Below, one piece after another: positions 60,707 through 64,000 of a stretch of 64,000 nt of DNA (the stretch's first letter is position 1; every line of letters begins with the position of its first letter). This DNA comes from Eledone cirrhosa. Taxonomy: Eukaryota. The position numbers and the translations under genes were made by a program. The notes below the pieces were generated by a model. It made no database searches and was not told where the DNA came from. It saw only the letters and a program-made list of their open reading frames with translations. Location: the NCBI GenBank assembly GCA_964016885.1, contig OZ024746.1:57722001-57786000 (forward strand). Direction: 5' to 3'.

Positions 60707-61755
60707 AGAAAGAGGGAGAAAAAATAATAATGATTATATAGAGGGAGGTGGAAATCAAGAGAGAAATAAGAGAGAAACATGGGAGGCAAAGTCAAAACGA
60801 CAGATACATAAACTTCATCATATATAAAGAGAGAGGAGAAGAAAGAGCTATATCTAGAGAGAGGGATGATAGAGTTACATCTTTACGTCATGTCCTATCA
60901 ATTTGAATTATCAATTCATATGAACTGGGTAATATAATGTAAATATCAATATTCATGAATGAGACATAGATATATAATGTGTGAAAATAATTTTGCTCAA
61001 TAATGACCATATGTTTAGTTTAAAACTCTGAGGTCAATGTACCAAAATCTGAGATAAATCTTCAAAAAATTGCCCTATTTATAAATACATACACACGCAT
61101 ATGCACTTTCTGAAAAAAGAAAAAGAGAAAGTTATGTCAAGCTCTAGTCGATAATACAGACATACACATGACTTTACGTGATCAACTCTATAATTTCTTG
61201 TGTCATAAAAAAATGTCCTTGTGTTATAAAAAATTTCATTATATATATATATAAAAATAAACGATTAATATTCAAGCCCTCACACATATGATTATCGTTC
61301 ATGTATATAATACTATGCATATCTGTAACATATACAGAACTATACCTACATATATATATACATATATATGTATACACAAGATATCTGCGTGAGTGTTCCA
61401 GCATCTCTATGCACACATACAGGCACATGAACAGATAAAATATACTCTGTAATCTTTCCATATGCATGTTAATACATATGATCTTTGTATAGAGATAACC
61501 AGATATCAATATATCAGCACAGAAATTATTTAAAGGATTTAGGAGACCCTGTGGTTCTACGGATGCTCTTATATTTAGTATAGAAATTTATCTTGCGTAA
61601 AATTTAATTAATACATTGGGACCATCTACATTTTAGAGTAGTTTAATTACATCATTGGTTTATATTTATGAAGAAGGTTTAAAAGAAAAAGTTGAAGGAA
61701 TCGAAAGATTTATCGTCAGGTTTCATACATTAATTAAATTTCTTAATTAATTATA

Positions 61756-62424
61756 CTACATTTTAAATTTATATTTATATTTAAACGTTGAGTTCAATCT
61801 ATGCCTGCAGCAACTGAATAAATTGCTCCTTAGATTAAGGGAATTTTTGGATTTTAATATAAAGAATATCTCCTCCACACAGAGATCACATGTCTCAGAT
61901 GAGGAATTAAAAGGAATCCCTCTTGAGACAATATTCCAAAACATCGAACACCCAACATTATCACGTTTAAGTTGCCAGAGTAAGCTTGATAGCGAAGTTG
62001 AAGATTTTTTGTTTGGATCTGTGAAAGAATTCTTATGATTATTGAAGCGAAGTTTGAATTCTGTCGAGGTAGAACCAACATAGTTGAAAGAATTTAAGTT
62101 AGTTTTAACATTACAATTGTATATTATATTTTTAACTAAGCAATTGTTATTTAACGGACATTTAGATTTATTTCTACAGTTACAGTTATTTAATTGAATA
62201 TTGTTTGGGTTATTATTGGTATTTTGGTTAGGTTTTAAATTCCTATTATTAATTCTGTTAATATTTTGTGCTAAATTTTTGGTGGACGAGTAAGTTAATT
62301 TTATAGTATGTCTATTAAAAATTGAGAGATATTTATGTGTTCTAGGGAAGCGTTTGTCAAGAGCATTAAAGAATAGTTTAGCAATGTGGGTTTTAATATT
62401 TAGTGAGAAAGGGGGGGGGGGCAA
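61756..62424 (-). pseudogene. PLE C-terminal linker + GIY-YIG endonuclease fragment
   Basis: PPFSLNIKTHIAK.F, CNCRNKSKCPLNNNCLVKNIIY, YVGSTSTEFKLRFNNH, CDLC.EE, LNLR..CCRH; from memory this resembles the Hydra clade of PLEs. Confidence 0.85.
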
Positions 62425-62638
62425 ACTATATTATATTTCTAGTTCTATTTCTTTTCCGGCTTTTGGAATTATTGTAATGTTTTCTATTATAGTTGTTAAT
62501 GTTGTTACCGTAATTAAAATTGTTATTATTTTGGTACTATCGTATTTCTACTCCAAAAACTTGTCGAGTGCTTTATATCGGTTATAAAATATTTACTTGT
62601 TGTAAACCAACAATTTTAAATAAAACTTTTGCATATAT

Positions 62639-62693
<55 letters not shown>

Positions 62694-62726
62694 TGGCTTC
62701 TTTCTACAATACTTTCTATACCTTTC

Positions 62727-62767
<41 letters not shown>

Positions 62768-62906
62768 TAAATATTATATATATATATAACTTCTCCGTAT
62801 AAGACAAGAGCTGAAAAATATCTGTTAACATGTTAAAATATCCCACACACAAGTACAGATACATTCCTACTGACCATCCCTCTACCACGAATTACTCTGC
62901 TACACA

Positions 62907-62958
<52 letters not shown>

Positions 62959-63468
62959 TCTTAATAGGCATTTGAACTGTCAACAGGCGGCGGTTCGCAC
63001 ACATCCCTGCTGACGATTATCACAACAACGAACCTCTTTACTACTACTACACACGCACACACACACACATATTTGTCATGAAAGACTTATTTTTCAGTGA
63101 CTTCTCAATCAGCCGAGACAAACCTACATTTGGCGCAAAATCAATTTTTAACATTCTCATGACCTCTACCGACCAATCAAAATTGTTTTGACCACAAGAA
63201 TTTTTTCATACATCTGGAGCCACTTTTTTCACATAAAACATGTAGAATTTCCCAAACTAATCAGATTAGAGCAAACATCACGGGTGCTCTATCTCAAAAT
63301 TATTTTTGAAAAGCATTAGAAATGCGCAACCGATAAAAGTTAAAACCAGAACTGAATACTATCCAAAACTATTACTAATTTCTACTTATTCCTAACTCAA
63401 CTATTTTTCACTCGGAACAATTTGTCAGCATTTTCTTTTACTTTTACCAATATATATATATATATATA

Positions 63469-63515
<47 letters not shown>

Positions 63516-63683
63516 GAAAGGTATAGAAAGTATTGTAGCAAGAAGCAATATATATATATATATATACATAATTGAAAAATTTGAACAGGGACAAAACAGA
63601 GAGGCAGTACAACGAATGTTTATTAATTTCACGCTCTGGAGAGTGGGGTGTTGGTATATATGTATATATATATATATATATCA

Positions 63684-63951
63684 CTGTCACTGAAGAGGTC
63701 ACAGAGTGTGTGACGAAAGAACTATGACTATATATATATAAACAACTATCTGGTTGTGGAACCAACCAACCAACCAGAAATTTATAAATTTATAAATTTG
63801 TAAACTTATAAATATTTAATAAATTAAATTGAAGTGAAAGCATATGGTGCGTGTGTTTCTTATTGGCAACATGACCCTCCCAAAGTATAACAATATCGGT
63901 TTCAACACACGATTTCAGATAAAGAATCTTGCTAAACAAATTCAGAAACGA

Positions 63952-63953
<2 letters not shown>
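63684..63953 (+). repeat. Solo pseudo-LTR of the 207-3315 PLE family with an HHR at 63686-63728
   Basis: Reverse complement of 207-474; GUCA CUGAAGA G GUCAC..GUGAC GAAA GAAC UA/UGAC; (TA)n on both sides. Confidence 0.85.
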
Positions 63954-63983
<30 letters not shown>

Positions 63984-64000
63984 TATATATACACACATAT

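Larger units (their letters stand above)
60134..62633 (-). mobile_element. 5'-truncated PLE related to family C, with an inverted tail at its 5' end
   Basis: Endonuclease frame 61756-~62420, long 3' UTR, HHR 60178-60238, inverted tail ~62535-62633. Confidence 0.85.

Overview
AT-rich eukaryotic (animal) genomic DNA; the repeat content suggests an octopus or other cephalopod, but that is an inference. No host gene could be supported, and most of the ORF track is translated (TA)n/(CA)n/(CATA)n microsatellite. The window is a pile-up of retroelements inserted into simple repeats: several Penelope-like elements (PLEs; one near-complete RT+GIY-YIG frame and several truncated endonuclease fragments), a full-length but disrupted L1/Tx1 LINE, a 5'-truncated CR1-group LINE with an open 811-aa frame, an R4/Dong-type fragment, RTE-type pieces, about 9 copies of a tRNA-derived SINE and a mariner-type MITE. 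The main hidden signal is RNA structure. By eye I find about 21 type I hammerhead ribozyme (HHR) motifs with intact cores, plus degenerate ones, in at least 9 sequence families. Two non-coding families look like retrozymes (units of about 430-460 nt and about 320 nt, one HHR per unit, with covarying stems). Many insertions are asymmetric inverted repeats or palindromes in which only one arm carries a 60-100 nt tail beginning with a conserved (T)ACTC...GAGT hairpin. All coordinates and pairings were read by eye.
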